A model generated the notes under the pieces. The model worked only from the letters and a program-made list of their open reading frames with translations, was not told the origin of the DNA and searched no databases. A stretch of 64,000 bases of DNA, taken from the NCBI GenBank assembly GCA_963520005.1, contig CAUQPS010000001.1, positions 51,703 to 115,702 on the forward strand. Direction: 5' to 3'. A program made the position numbers and the translations under genes. The stretch comes from an uncultured Campylobacter sp. Lineage in GTDB: Bacteria > Campylobacterota > Campylobacteria > Campylobacterales > Campylobacteraceae. How positions within the stretch are numbered: position 1 is the first letter of the stretch; each line of letters opens with the position of its first letter. Shown piece by piece: positions 10,486 to 21,535 of this stretch.

Positions 10486-11517
10486 CTATTTATTAGCGGT
10501 GATTTTGGTGATTAGCTCGTAGCTTACAGGGATCTGCCTCATCGGCGGCAGCGACGAAGCAAGAGCTGCTAAAACCTCCGAGAAATCCTCAAATAGATAG
10601 TTTGCAAGGCTGCCTGGGTTCGGATTTATCTCGTTTAGATAAATTTCACCCTCTTTTTCAAAAAAATCGCAGCGAATGAGCGCGCCATCGAATGATCCTG
10701 CGTTATAAAGCCGCGTAAAGGCATCTTTCATCTTACCCTCTAATAAAGCGCCAGGACGAGCGGGCTCGATCGCGCCACTACGCGAAAAATCCAAATATTT
10801 ACGATCGAAATTTAAATAGCCCTCTTTTTTTGGCTCTTCGATGTTTGAAAATACGATTTTGCCGTCTATTTTAGCGCCTGCGAGATTGAATTCCTTTACG
10901 TTTTCCCAGTACGGCTCTACGATCGCGCTGTCGTCCAGCTCAAAAGCCTGATCCAGCGCGTAGCTAAACTCGCTTTCGTTCTTAGCTATCGAAATTCCGA
11001 TGCTAGAGCCCAAATGAGCGGGCTTAACGATGATCGGAAAATTAAAATTAGGCAGACTAGTACGATTTACGATCTCATACGGCAGGGTTTTTACATTTGC
11101 GATTGCAGCTAAGTGCTTGGTTAAAATTTTATTATAGCTTAGCACGCTAGCTTCTATGCGAGGTCCGATGTAAGGGATGCCAAAAAACTCAAATAGCGCT
11201 GCCATTTTGCCATCCTCGCCGTCGCAGCCGTGGATTAGATTGATATATGTGCCGACTTCTAGCATGCTTTTGCTAAACATTCCGCTCTCAAAAAATCCGC
11301 CCGCACCGATACTAAGCTCTTTTGCTTTAGCATAGCCGCCCTGCTTAAAATATGCCGCGCGCATATTTTTATCCTCAATGCGGTAAAATTTACGATTTTT
11401 ATCGCAAAATACAAACTCCAAGTCCCAGCCTTTTAGGGCATTTTTGACGGCAATTGCCGAGATGATACTTACTTCGTGCTCATAGCTTTGAGCTCCAAAA
11501 ACTAAGCCAAATTTCAT
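10486..11517 (-). CDS. ddl: D-alanine--D-alanine ligase
   Basis: FGAQSYEHEVS, HGCDGEDG, VKPAHLGSSIG, LNEINPNPGS. Confidence 0.95.
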   Translation of the reverse strand: MKFGLVFGAQSYEHEVSIISAIAVKNALKGWDLEFVFCDKNRKFYRIEDKNMRAAYFKQGGYAKAKELSIGAGGFFESGMFSKSMLEVGTYINLIHGCDGEDGKMAALFEFFGIPYIGPRIEASVLSYNKILTKHLAAIANVKTLPYEIVNRTSLPNFNFPIIVKPAHLGSSIGISIAKNESEFSYALDQAFELDDSAIVEPYWENVKEFNLAGAKIDGKIVFSNIEEPKKEGYLNFDRKYLDFSRSGAIEPARPGALLEGKMKDAFTRLYNAGSFDGALIRCDFFEKEGEIYLNEINPNPGSLANYLFEDFSEVLAALASSLPPMRQIPVSYELITKITANK

Positions 11518-11540
11518 TGCTTTCCTTCAAATTTTATTTT

Positions 11541-12095
11541 CTACGCTAATTTTTTTAACGCCTCTTTGACAAGATCTGACGTATTCGTGCTGCTGCATCC
11601 CGCTAAGATTTGATTGATCTTATCGCGCTTAAATCCAAGGCTTTGTAGCGCGGATGCCGCTTCATTTTTATAAGTCTCGCTAGGACCGAATTCCATTAGC
11701 TTCGCATCGCCTAGTTCGGCAATGATCCGTCTAGCGGTCTTTGGGCCGATGCCCGGAACTGAAGTTAGCGTCGCAGCATCCCCCGTAGCTACGCAACGCG
11801 CGAAATCCTGCGGAGCGAGCGTCGAACAAACCGCCATCGCCGTGCTTGCACCTACGCCACTAAGTTTGATTAGGGTTTCAAACATCTTTTTTTCATTATC
11901 GTCTAAAAACCCATACAGCAAATCGGCATCCTCGCGCAGAATTTGTACGCACGCAAGCTCGGTCAGCTTGCCCTGCGTGAGCTTCGCGGAGGTATTTAAT
12001 GATAATGAAAGAGCGTAGCTTACGCCGCTAGCGCATTTAATGACGCAAGCAGTGGGCTCCTTGCGCGTGATAATTCCTTCGATTGCCGCTATCAT
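11541..12095 (-). CDS. ruvA: Holliday junction branch migration protein RuvA
   Basis: REDADLLYGF, HhH motifs LSGVGAS and VPGIGPKTARRI, C-terminal ALQSLGF. Confidence 0.96.
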   Translation of the reverse strand: MIAAIEGIITRKEPTACVIKCASGVSYALSLSLNTSAKLTQGKLTELACVQILREDADLLYGFLDDNEKKMFETLIKLSGVGASTAMAVCSTLAPQDFARCVATGDAATLTSVPGIGPKTARRIIAELGDAKLMEFGPSETYKNEAASALQSLGFKRDKINQILAGCSSTNTSDLVKEALKKLA

Positions 12096-12655
12096 CTAAG
12101 AGCCTTTAAAATTTCGTTTATGCTCTCATTAAGCGCTAAATTTAGGGCATTATAAATGCTTTGCGAGCTAGGATCAGGCACGAAAACGCGCTTAGTGACG
12201 ATGCCTGATTTTATGCTTTCTAAAGAATTTAAAATTTCATATCCCATCGTGACGGTTGCCTGATCGTTATTGATCTGAAGCGCTACGATACTGGTTTTTA
12301 GGCGCAAATCCCGCTCTTTTGGCACGAAGATCGGATTTAGTGAGCAGGTGGAAAATGCCGCATCAAGTAGCGCCTTATATACCATTTCGCTAGGCATAGT
12401 GATAAATTTGGCGTCGCTTGCGAACCGCGTTCGGTTTCTAAAATCCACTATTAAAATATCCCGTCTATCGACGAGATCTGTCGCCGTAATGGTGTCGATA
12501 AAGATATTTTTGCGCGCGCCGCTAGGATTTACGCAGCGCTTTTGATCATAACGCAGCTCGTAGTAGGTGTATGGCTTAGCCTGCTTAGCTAAGCAGCCGC
12601 CTAAAAATATCGCTGCTAGCGTCGTAGCAAGCGTAAACTTTATAAAATTTTTCAT
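12092..12655 (-). CDS. ABC-transport auxiliary lipoprotein (PqiC-like) of the Mla operon
   Basis: Lipobox LGGC followed by YYEL; last gene of the mlaE-F-D cluster. Confidence 0.7.
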   Translation of the reverse strand: MKNFIKFTLATTLAAIFLGGCLAKQAKPYTYYELRYDQKRCVNPSGARKNIFIDTITATDLVDRRDILIVDFRNRTRFASDAKFITMPSEMVYKALLDAAFSTCSLNPIFVPKERDLRLKTSIVALQINNDQATVTMGYEILNSLESIKSGIVTKRVFVPDPSSQSIYNALNLALNESINEILKALR

Positions 12656-12657
12656 CT

Positions 12658-13587
12658 TTATTCCTTTTTATCGTCGCGATCTGCGCTTTTAGAAGTGTCT
12701 TTGAAAAAGAAATCGTAAGGATTGTCCTCTAGCCTAAACATCGCGCCTTGGAATTCTCTAAGCGATTTTTTTAGCTCGCCAAGAGTGTTTTTTGCCTCCT
12801 CAAGTGTAGGATCCAAGATCGCTTTTAGATTGTACTCGCCGCGATCGATACGCTTAGTGATGATACCTGCAGTTTTATCTAGCGAATTTGATAGATTGGC
12901 AGCACTCACGGCAAAGGCGTTTAGATTATCTAGCAGCGCGTCTAGCTCCTTCTCGCGCTCGTTTAAATTTGCTATGAGAGTATTTACGTTAGCAAGCAGC
13001 GCGTCTAGGCTTTGGAATTTTTTCTCATCGCTTAGCTCGGCGCTAAATTTATCCATCGAAGATAGAATTCTATCCACTTTATCGGTATTTTGCTTAGACA
13101 ACAGCCCATTAATCTTAAAGATCATCTCACTCACGCTATCGGTGATGACTTCGGCTTTGGAGCCGATTTTATCAAGAAGCGTTTTATCCAGCGCAATTAT
13201 CGGCTTTTTATCATTCGGTGGGAAAAGCTTGCCGCTTCCTTTCGTGATATTTATAAACGCGATTCCGCTGATGCCTTGAGATTCTACCTTGGCGACGCTA
13301 TCTTGCGAGATCGGTAGCTTGCTTTTTACTGAAATTTCAATCTCAATAATCGCATTTTCTATATCGGCAAAGTCGATGCTTTTGATGATGCCCGCATTTA
13401 CGCCGATAAATTTAACCTCGGAATTCTCCTTAATGCCTACGGGAAGCTCTTTTGTGTGGATATAGTAGGAGCGGTAGCTCTCGCTGCGGTCGGTCTTAGT
13501 AAGCATCCACCACATAAACGCCGTAAGAGCCGCGACACAGATCATAACAAATGCGCCTACTATAGTGTATGAAGTTCTATTTTCCAA
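12658..13587 (-). CDS. mlaD: MlaD/MCE-domain protein
   Basis: MENRTSYTIVGAFV transmembrane segment, MCE motif GIKENSEVKFIGVNAG...QGISGIAFINI, coiled-coil tail. Confidence 0.88.
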   Translation of the reverse strand: MENRTSYTIVGAFVMICVAALTAFMWWMLTKTDRSESYRSYYIHTKELPVGIKENSEVKFIGVNAGIIKSIDFADIENAIIEIEISVKSKLPISQDSVAKVESQGISGIAFINITKGSGKLFPPNDKKPIIALDKTLLDKIGSKAEVITDSVSEMIFKINGLLSKQNTDKVDRILSSMDKFSAELSDEKKFQSLDALLANVNTLIANLNEREKELDALLDNLNAFAVSAANLSNSLDKTAGIITKRIDRGEYNLKAILDPTLEEAKNTLGELKKSLREFQGAMFRLEDNPYDFFFKDTSKSADRDDKKE

Positions 13588-14062
13588 TCTTTTCTCCTAA
13601 TTTCAGAGCGTAAAATTTAAGCCCTGCGATATGCCTTAAAAATAGCGGTCTGAGCTTAAATTTTAAAACTTAGCCTTTTCTCAATAGCCGCAAAATTCGC
13701 AGAATCATCTGAGTTTAAATTTTAAAGCTTATCGTACATTTTGAAATTTCAAAATATCGCCGCGCCGTATTTTAGCGTAAAATTTTACCGCCCGGTTTAA
13801 TTTAGCGCCGTTTGCTCGCCGAAATTTTAAAATTTAAATGCGCTATCCAATAAATGCGCCCTTAAATGCGACCTGCTTAAATTTTAAAATTTCGATTGAG
13901 CCGCTAAGGTCTAAATTTTAAAAATTTAAGCCCTGCGGAGCCCGGAATTCCTCGCTAGGTTTAAAATTTAAAATTCTTCCGCTGCTATTTTAAAATTTCA
14001 GCTCCTACCTATCTAAATTTTACTCGCCGCGATGCATATTTCGGCTCGGTAAATTTCAAAAC

Positions 14063-14833
14063 TCAATCCCTTTGCCGCATCTTAAATAGCTCTTCAAGCG
14101 GATTATTCTCTAGGCTTGAAATTTCCTCAATGCTTCCTTCAAAGGCGATTTTCTGATTATCCACGATCAAAAACCGATCCAAAATATCAAAGATACTATC
14201 CACGTCGTGCGTGACCATCACGACCGTGACGCCGAGGCTGTCTCTAAGCTCGCAAACAAGCCTATCAAGGGCTCTGGCGCTGAGCGGATCAAGCCCCGAG
14301 TTTGGCTCGTCCAAAAATAAAATTTCAGGGCTAAGTGCTAGCGCGCGAGCCAGCGCCACGCGCTTTTTCATACCGCCGCTAAGCTCGTTTGGTCTAAGCG
14401 CGGCGGCCTCCTTCTTAAGCCCCACCTTTTGGATCCAAAACATCGATAGCTCATCTATCTCGCGCTCGCTAAATTTAGAGTATTCGCGCAGTAGCACGCC
14501 TACGTTTTCGAGCACGCTCATCGAGCTGTAAAGCGCTCCGAACTGAAACATCACGCCACATTTTAGGCGGATCTCGTTTTGCTCCGCCTCGCTCTCGCGC
14601 CAAATATCGCGTCCGAAAATTTTAATCTCGCCGCTTTGCGGGCGCTTTAAAAATATGAGCGTTTTCATTAACGTCGTTTTGCCGCTGCCGCTGCCGCCTA
14701 AAAAGCCGTAAATTTCGCCCTTTTTGACGCTAAAGCTCACGCAATCGTGCATAACGCGCGAGTCGTACGCGGTAGTAACATCGCGCGCGACTATGATTTT
14801 AGAAGTTTCGCTAGATTGCGCTTGCTCGCTCAT
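14063..14833 (-). CDS. mlaF: MlaF-type ABC transporter ATPase
   Basis: GGSGSGKT, LSGGMKKRVALARAL, LDEPNSGLDP, VTHD. ATG at 14833 overlaps the mlaE stop. Confidence 0.9.
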   Translation of the reverse strand: MSEQAQSSETSKIIVARDVTTAYDSRVMHDCVSFSVKKGEIYGFLGGSGSGKTTLMKTLIFLKRPQSGEIKIFGRDIWRESEAEQNEIRLKCGVMFQFGALYSSMSVLENVGVLLREYSKFSEREIDELSMFWIQKVGLKKEAAALRPNELSGGMKKRVALARALALSPEILFLDEPNSGLDPLSARALDRLVCELRDSLGVTVVMVTHDVDSIFDILDRFLIVDNQKIAFEGSIEEISSLENNPLEELFKMRQRD

Positions 14834-15933
14834 AGCCCGATTTCCGAAAACAGAACCGCAAATACCGCGTCGATCGCAATGACCCAAAATATCGCATTTA
14901 CGACGCTAATGGTGGTGTATTCGCCGATGCTTTGGGTATTTCCTTTGACCTCAAAACCCCGCATGCAGCCGATGATAGCGATGAATGCCCCGAAAAACGG
15001 CGCTTTAATCACACCTACTAAAAAATGCCTAAGCTCTACAGAAGCCTTAAATCTATCCAAATAATCGCTAAAGGCTATGTCTAAATACGCGTCACACACG
15101 ATCATCTGCGCAAAAATACTTACCGAATCTGCGATAAAAATGACTAGCGGCATGATTAGTACCATCGCGATAACGCGCGGCATCGCAAGAAAATAAAACG
15201 GATCAAAGCCCATCGTCCTCATCGCATCGATCTCTTCGGTGATCTTCATCACGCCGATCTGCGCCGTAAAGCTAGAAGCCGAACGACCTGCGATAACGAT
15301 AGCAGCGATTAGGGGCGCTACCTCACGAAGCGTCAAAGCGCCCATTATATCAATAATATAGATGCTGGCGCCAAATTTAGAAAGCATATCCGAGCCGATG
15401 TAAGCAAGCACGATACCGATCAAAAACGCCGTCAGCGAGACGATGAAAAGCGCGTCTATGCCGCTATCTTTGATAAAATTTACGGTTTCTTTGAAGCGGA
15501 ATTTCATCGGATGAATTATAAAAGCCGCGAGTTTGGAAAAAAACTCGCCCAAAAAGCTTGCAAGGCTTAGCAAGCCTAAAATTCCAAGATGACAATAAAG
15601 TCCGATCTGCGCTAAAAAATTTAGCCTGCGAGATTCGGGTACGTAGCTAAAATCGATCGTTTTATCATCCATAAAGCTTAGAATTTTGGCGGCTTTGCAG
15701 CTATCCTCCACAAGGCTAACCCGCTTGCCGGCAAGGGCGTTTTTGATCATCAGCGCCATGAAATAGTCTAAATTTGAAATTTCGCCTAAGCTTAGCTCCA
15801 GCTCGTTTAGATTTTTTACCGCTTTTTTTAGTGCAAGTAGCTGCGAGCGCGAGCTTTTGTAGTTCCACTGCCCGCGTAGCGATAAGGTGTTTTTCCCGCC
15901 CGAGCTTTCGAGCGAAAATGCTAAATTCCGCAA
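14830..15933 (-). CDS. mlaE: MlaE-family ABC permease with N-terminal STAS-like domain
   Basis: REVAPLIAAIVIAGRSASSFTAQIGVMKITEEIDAMRTMG signature. Confidence 0.9.
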   Translation of the reverse strand: MRNLAFSLESSGGKNTLSLRGQWNYKSSRSQLLALKKAVKNLNELELSLGEISNLDYFMALMIKNALAGKRVSLVEDSCKAAKILSFMDDKTIDFSYVPESRRLNFLAQIGLYCHLGILGLLSLASFLGEFFSKLAAFIIHPMKFRFKETVNFIKDSGIDALFIVSLTAFLIGIVLAYIGSDMLSKFGASIYIIDIMGALTLREVAPLIAAIVIAGRSASSFTAQIGVMKITEEIDAMRTMGFDPFYFLAMPRVIAMVLIMPLVIFIADSVSIFAQMIVCDAYLDIAFSDYLDRFKASVELRHFLVGVIKAPFFGAFIAIIGCMRGFEVKGNTQSIGEYTTISVVNAIFWVIAIDAVFAVLFSEIGL

Positions 15934-15965
15934 AAATTTCTCTCCAAAATCAAAAAATAGGGGAA

Positions 15966-15973
15966 ATTATAAT
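15966..15973. promoter_or_regulatory. Overlapping back-to-back -10 boxes for divergent mlaE and murJ
   Basis: Palindromic ATTATAAT gives TATAAT on both strands in the 80-bp divergent spacer. Confidence 0.5.
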
Positions 15974-16013
15974 ATAATCAACCTTGGCATTTTATAAAAT
16001 TTAATGGAGATTT

Positions 16014-17411
16014 ATGCTCAGAGGTTTTTTTACAAATAGCGCAGGCACGCTGGTTTCGCGAGTTTTGGGTTTCGTGCGCGACCTACTTACCGCATCGGTT
16101 TTGGGCGCGGGGATTTACAGCGATCTATTTTTCGTAGCATTTAAACTACCCAATCTTTTCCGCAGGCTATTCGGCGAGGGGGCCTTTACGCAGGCGTTTT
16201 TGCCTAGCTTTACCGCCGCGCGTAAAAAAGGAATTTTTGCCGCAGCGGTGCTAATAAAATTTAGCATTTTCATCGCGCTTTTAACGGCGCTCGTGCTGCT
16301 CGCCGCACCCGTTTTTACTAAAGTTTTGGCATACGGATTTAGCGCCGAGCAGATCGGTCTCGCGGTGCCGTACGTGCGGATAAATTTTTTCTACCTCACG
16401 TTTATCTTCGTCGTTACGCTCTTTGCTTCGCTGCTTCAGTATCGCGACCACTTTGCTACGACGGCGTTTTCGACCGCGCTTTTAAATTTGGCGATGATCG
16501 CGGCGCTTCTGCTAGCTCACGGCAAAGACGGCGCCACGGCGGTGCTCTATCTTAGCTTCGGCGTCGTGGCGGGCGGACTTTTACAGCTTGCGGTGCATGT
16601 TTATGCGCTGAAATTTACCGGTATGCTGCGCGTCTTAGCGGGCGGCTTTGCGCGACTTGCACGGGGCGATAAACCGCAGACGCAGGGCTTTTATAAAAAT
16701 TTTTTCGCAGGCGTGCTCGGTGCGTCGGCACTTCAGCTAAGCTCGTTTATAGATACCTTTTTTGCGAGCTTCCTTGCTAGCGGCAGTATCAGCTATCTGT
16801 ATTACGCCAACCGCATATTTCAGCTGCCGCTCGCGCTTTTTGCGATCGCGCTTAGCACCGCGATCTTTCCGCGCATGAGCAAATTCGTAAAAGCTCACGA
16901 CGACGCGCAGGCTCTGGCGCTCGTCGAGCGCGGGTTTTACTTCCTTTTGGCGCTGCTCGGGCTTTCCGCGATAGGCGGCGTGATGCTGCGAAACGAGATC
17001 ACGCAGCTGCTGTTTGAGCGCGGAGAATTTACTCGCCAAAATTCCATCGAATGCGCCGCAGTTCTCGGCGCGTATATGGTGGGGCTCGTGCCGTTTGGGC
17101 TATCTAGGATTTTTTCGCACTGGCTGTATGCGAATATGAAGCAGAAGCTAAGCGCGAAAATTTCGATCTGGTGCGTCTTTATAAACGTCGCTTTGTGCGC
17201 GCTGTTTTTTAAACCCTTCGGTGCGGTGGGGCTTGCATTTGCAAGCACGATAACGGGGGCGTTTCTGCTCGGCTTTAACCTCTATTTTTTTGGATTTAAT
17301 AACTTTTTGGCTATAATCCGCGCAAAAAAAATTATTGCAATCGCAGCGCTTTGTGCGGGCGAAGCGGCGATTTTATACATTTTAAAAGGCTTGTATTATG
17401 GTAATTTATGA
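16014..17411 (+). CDS. murJ: Lipid II flippase MurJ (MviN)
   Basis: [41 protein letters not shown]. Confidence 0.95.
   Translation: MLRGFFTNSAGTLVSRVLGFVRDLLTASVLGAGIYSDLFFVAFKLPNLFRRLFGEGAFTQAFLPSFTAARKKGIFAAAVLIKFSIFIALLTALVLLAAPVFTKVLAYGFSAEQIGLAVPYVRINFFYLTFIFVVTLFASLLQYRDHFATTAFSTALLNLAMIAALLLAHGKDGATAVLYLSFGVVAGGLLQLAVHVYALKFTGMLRVLAGGFARLARGDKPQTQGFYKNFFAGVLGASALQLSSFIDTFFASFLASGSISYLYYANRIFQLPLALFAIALSTAIFPRMSKFVKAHDDAQALALVERGFYFLLALLGLSAIGGVMLRNEITQLLFERGEFTRQNSIECAAVLGAYMVGLVPFGLSRIFSHWLYANMKQKLSAKISIWCVFINVALCALFFKPFGAVGLAFASTITGAFLLGFNLYFFGFNNFLAIIRAKKIIAIAALCAGEAAILYILKGLYYGNL
17312..17317 (+). promoter_or_regulatory. Possible internal sigma70 -10 box for cysS within the 3' end of murJ
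   Basis: TATAAT preceded by periodic T-rich tracts, about 80 nt upstream of the cysS ATG. Confidence 0.4.
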
Positions 17412-18828
17412 TAGTTTGAGCAAAAAGAAGCTCCCATTTAAGCCCATTAGCGAGGGGTTGGCGCACATTTACGCCTGCGGCCCGACCGTTTATGACGATG
17501 CGCATTTAGGGCATGCAAAAAGCGCCGTGAGCTTCGATCTGCTGCGCCGCGTGCTGCAAGCGGAGGGCTATGAGGTTAAATTTGCGCGAAATTTCACCGA
17601 TATCGACGATAAAATTTTAAAAAAGATGGCGCAGACGGGCAAGAGCCTCGAGGAGATCACGGAATTTTATACCCGCAGATATTTGCAGGATATGAGCGCG
17701 CTAAACGTCGCGGACGCGAGCATTTCGCCCAAAGCGACCGAAAATATCGCCGCGATCTGCGAGCTCATATCCTCGCTTCTTCAAAAAGGCTTTGCCTACG
17801 AGATCGCGGGTGACGGTATCTACTTCGACACGCGCAAGGACGGGGATTATCTAAGCCTTAGCGGCAAAAAAGAGGGCGCTAGTAAAAACATCGCCCGCAT
17901 CGCCTCAAACGATGCCAAGCACGACGAGAAGGACTTCGTGCTGTGGAAATTTGACGAGAATTGGTTTGATAGCCCGTTTGGCAAAGGGCGCCCCGGCTGG
18001 CACAGCGAGTGCGTCGCGATGATTTTGGCGCACCTTGATAGCGGCGATCCGAAATTTTGCATAGACATTCACGCAGGCGGCGCCGATCTGCTCTTCCCTC
18101 ATCACGAAAATGAAGCCGCGCAGTGCCGCTGCGCCCGCCATAGAGCGCTAAGTAAATACTGGCTTCACAACGGCTTCGTGCAAGTAAATAACGAAAAGAT
18201 GAGCAAGAGCCTCGGCAACTCCTTTTTTGTAAATAACGCCCTAAAAATCGCACCCGGCGAGGCGCTGAGATTTTATCTCTTAAGCTCGCATTACAGGGCA
18301 AATTTTAATTATTCGATAGCCGATCTGCTTGCGAGTAAAAAGAGGCTAGATAAAATTTACCGCCTTAAAAAGCGCGTCCATGACGTTTTAGCTCCCGCTG
18401 CTGGGCAAAATTCTGCGCCTAAGCTGCCTACTGCGGAGGTTAAATTTAGATCGGAAATGATGGAGTTTTTAAGCGACGATCTCAATACCTCAGGCGCGCT
18501 TGCGGTGCTTGATAGCTTCGTAGCAAGCGCGAACGAAGCGCTAGATCGCACGCCAAAAGATAAGGCGCTAAAGGCTCGTATTGCCGCAAATTTGGAGTTT
18601 GCGAAGCAGACGCTCGGAATTTTATATGAGGATGAGACCGAATACTTTCGCTTCGGCGTGAGCGAGCAGCAAAGAGCGCAGATCGAGGAGCTGATAAAAC
18701 AGCGCGCGCAGGCGAAGGCGGAAAAGGACTTTGCGCGCGCGGATGCCATCAGGGCGCGCCTTACAGACATGAAAATCGAAGTGATGGACACGGCTAGTGG
18801 CACAGTTTGGGAGGTCGCAGCAGAGTAA
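17398..18828 (+). CDS. cysS: Cysteine--tRNA ligase
   Basis: [37 protein letters not shown]. Confidence 0.97.
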   Translation: MVIYDSLSKKKLPFKPISEGLAHIYACGPTVYDDAHLGHAKSAVSFDLLRRVLQAEGYEVKFARNFTDIDDKILKKMAQTGKSLEEITEFYTRRYLQDMSALNVADASISPKATENIAAICELISSLLQKGFAYEIAGDGIYFDTRKDGDYLSLSGKKEGASKNIARIASNDAKHDEKDFVLWKFDENWFDSPFGKGRPGWHSECVAMILAHLDSGDPKFCIDIHAGGADLLFPHHENEAAQCRCARHRALSKYWLHNGFVQVNNEKMSKSLGNSFFVNNALKIAPGEALRFYLLSSHYRANFNYSIADLLASKKRLDKIYRLKKRVHDVLAPAAGQNSAPKLPTAEVKFRSEMMEFLSDDLNTSGALAVLDSFVASANEALDRTPKDKALKARIAANLEFAKQTLGILYEDETEYFRFGVSEQQRAQIEELIKQRAQAKAEKDFARADAIRARLTDMKIEVMDTASGTVWEVAAE

Positions 18829-19667
18829 AACGTAAAATTTAGCGCAAATTTTACGTTAAATTTTATGATTTTTACGATGCGAAGCGTAAATCCGAACGCT
18901 AATCCGCGCGAAAATTTCAGTGCGATTTTATCTGAAATATTACGATACGGCGGTGCGATTTTATTTAGCGATGCGATATGTGGCACGATGCAGCGGCAGA
19001 AGCGCGAGGCGGATAGCGATTTTCATTCGTCGGCGCGGCTGATGCGGCGGCGCGATATAGCGCGGTACAGCGGTAGCACCACGGCTCGTCTGTGCGTAAA
19101 TTTCAATACGATTTTTAGATAATTGGCGATGCAGCATAGTGAAAGCAGCACTGCGGCGCGCCTTGTGCGTAAATTTTAACGCAACTAAGTGCAGTGGAAT
19201 ATGCTGCAGCGACGCGCAAATTTCGGCGCGATTTTTATTCGGCGATATTCGTGGGTGTGCGCAGCAACGAAAGTCACGATTTTATTCGGTAACGCTACTG
19301 ATATAGTGGCGAAGGCACAAGACAAACCGCGATTTTCATTCGGTAGCGCGGTGTGCGAAAGAGCAATGCAGCGCGGCGATGCGAAGCTGCGATAAACGCG
19401 ATGTATATTACGATACGGCATTTTGTAGCGCTTTATATCGCCTCAAAGCGTTCAGCGTTTTAAAAAAATGGCGTGCGAAAGCGAAAGATCGCGATAAATA
19501 AAAACTCGCTCGCTTTAAGCGTTTAGTGCTTCGAATGCGGCAAACAAAAAAGCTAAATCTCGGCGTCGTCCGCACGGTCGCCGCATGCGAGCGAGTTGAT
19601 TTAACGAGCTTGCGAAGCGCAAATAGGTCCCGCGCCGCCCCATAAATTTTGTGTTGCCTCGCGGTCG

Positions 19668-19798
19668 AAATTCTAAAATTTAAGGAATTTTGGAATTATA
19701 AATTTTAAAATTTCAAGAATTTCGGAGTTGGAAATTCTTAAATTTCAAGAATTTTGAAATTTCATAAATTTTTGGATTTTAAATTTTAAAAATTTTAT
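19668..19798. repeat. Dense periodic RAATTY array upstream of msbA
   Basis: About a dozen AAATTT/GAATTT/AAATTC hexamers at about 8-10 bp spacing in about 130 bp. Confidence 0.75.
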
Positions 19799-19813
19799 AA
19801 AAAAGGATAGCAT

Positions 19814-21535
19814 TTGAACGGCTTTAAAACTTTACTATCGCGCTTTAAGCCCTATTTTAGGGATTACAAGCCGCAGTTTGCATTGGCGATTTTGGGTATG
19901 GTGATGACGAGCGTAGCGACTGCTGCGAGCGCGAAGCTGGTCGAACCCGTTTTAAACAAAATTTTCGTCGAGAAAAACGAGCCGTATCTCTATACGCTTC
20001 CGATCGCGATCATCGTGGTTTTTGCGATGAAAAGCGGCGGCGCGTTTATGCAAAACTACTTCACCGCCTTCATCGGTCAAGACACGGTGCGCCGCTTCCG
20101 CGATAGGCTCGTTGCGAGCCTCGTGCGGCTGGACGTGGATTTTTTCAACCGCTTCCGCACGGGCGAGCTCATCAGCCGCACGATCAACGACATCGAGCGT
20201 ATCCGCGTCGTGGTTTCAAACATGATCCCCGATTTTTTCACGCAGATCATTACGATTTTGGGGCTTTTGGGCGTCGTGATCTATCAGAGCCCAAAGCTTT
20301 CGTTTTTCGCGCTCGTGGTCTTTCCGTGCGCGATATATCCGCTCTCGCGCCTTGCAAAGCGGATGAAAAAAATTTCGCGCGAGTCTCAAGAGAAAACATC
20401 CGATATCTCCTCGGCGCTCAGTCAAATTTACTCCAACATCGAAATCGTCAAGGCAAGCAACGCCGAGAGCTTTGAAGTGGAGAAATTTAACGCCGAAAAC
20501 AGGAAATTTTTCGGTCTAAATTTAAAAGCGGTCGTAACGACGTGCCTGGTAAGCCCGATCATGGAGATGCTAGGCGCTGTGGGCATCGCCGTGGTGATCA
20601 TCGTCGGAGGACAGGAGGTCATCGCGGGTCAAATGAGCATCGGCAGCTTTTTCAGCTTCCTTACGGCGCTTTTTATGGTTTACACCCCGATAAAAAAGGT
20701 CTCCTCGCTCTATAACAACATGCAAGATGCCATCGCAGCGAGCGAGCGGACGTTTGAGTTGATCGACTTGGAGCCTACGATCGTCGGAGGCGGCAATCAG
20801 ATGGGCGAGATCGGCTCGGTGAGCTTTTGCGACGTGTCGCTAAACTACGGCGACAAGGCGGCGTTAAAAGACATAAGCTTCAACGTCAAAAAGGGCGAAA
20901 TTTTAGCGCTCGTCGGAAACAGCGGCGGCGGCAAAAGCTCGGTCGTGAACCTGCTGATGCGCTTTTACGACGCAAGTAGCGGTAAAATTTTGTTCAACGG
21001 CAACGACGAGATCGGCGAGTTTAGCATCCCTAGCCTGCGCGAAAATATCGGCCTCGTAAGTCAGCGCGTCTATATTTTCAACGACACGATCGCGCAAAAC
21101 GTAAGCTACGGCGCGGAATTTAACGAGCAACGCGTCATAGAGGCGCTGAAGCTCGCCAACGCCTATGAGTTCGTAAGCTCGATGAAGGATGGAATTTACA
21201 CCGTGCTTAGCGAGTTCGGCGCAAATCTTAGCGGCGGGCAGCGTCAGCGTATCGCCATCGCGCGCGCGCTGTATAAAGACCCGCAAATTTTAATATTCGA
21301 CGAGGCGACTTCGGCGCTGGATAACGCAAGCGAAAAGGAGATCTCAAACGTCATCGAAAAAATCAAGCGCGATAAGATCGTATTCGTCATCGCTCACCGC
21401 CTCTCCACGATCGAGCGCGCCGATAATATCGCCGTGATGAAAAACGGCCGCATCCTCGCCATCGGCACCGACGCGAAGCTGACGAGCGAATGCGAGGAGT
21501 ATCGCAGCTTAAAGGGGATCATGCAAAACGGTTAG
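19814..21535 (+). CDS. msbA: Lipid A ABC exporter MsbA-like
   Basis: Fused TMD and NBD; GNSGGGKS, LSGGQRQRIAIARA, DEATSALD; follows cysS as in other Campylobacter. Confidence 0.85.
   Translation: MNGFKTLLSRFKPYFRDYKPQFALAILGMVMTSVATAASAKLVEPVLNKIFVEKNEPYLYTLPIAIIVVFAMKSGGAFMQNYFTAFIGQDTVRRFRDRLVASLVRLDVDFFNRFRTGELISRTINDIERIRVVVSNMIPDFFTQIITILGLLGVVIYQSPKLSFFALVVFPCAIYPLSRLAKRMKKISRESQEKTSDISSALSQIYSNIEIVKASNAESFEVEKFNAENRKFFGLNLKAVVTTCLVSPIMEMLGAVGIAVVIIVGGQEVIAGQMSIGSFFSFLTALFMVYTPIKKVSSLYNNMQDAIAASERTFELIDLEPTIVGGGNQMGEIGSVSFCDVSLNYGDKAALKDISFNVKKGEILALVGNSGGGKSSVVNLLMRFYDASSGKILFNGNDEIGEFSIPSLRENIGLVSQRVYIFNDTIAQNVSYGAEFNEQRVIEALKLANAYEFVSSMKDGIYTVLSEFGANLSGGQRQRIAIARALYKDPQILIFDEATSALDNASEKEISNVIEKIKRDKIVFVIAHRLSTIERADNIAVMKNGRILAIGTDAKLTSECEEYRSLKGIMQNG

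Noticed and set aside
18900..19425. tRNA or CRISPR in the cysS-msbA gap
   Set aside because: No cloverleaf or TTCGA arm with acceptor stem, and no constant repeat-spacer period.
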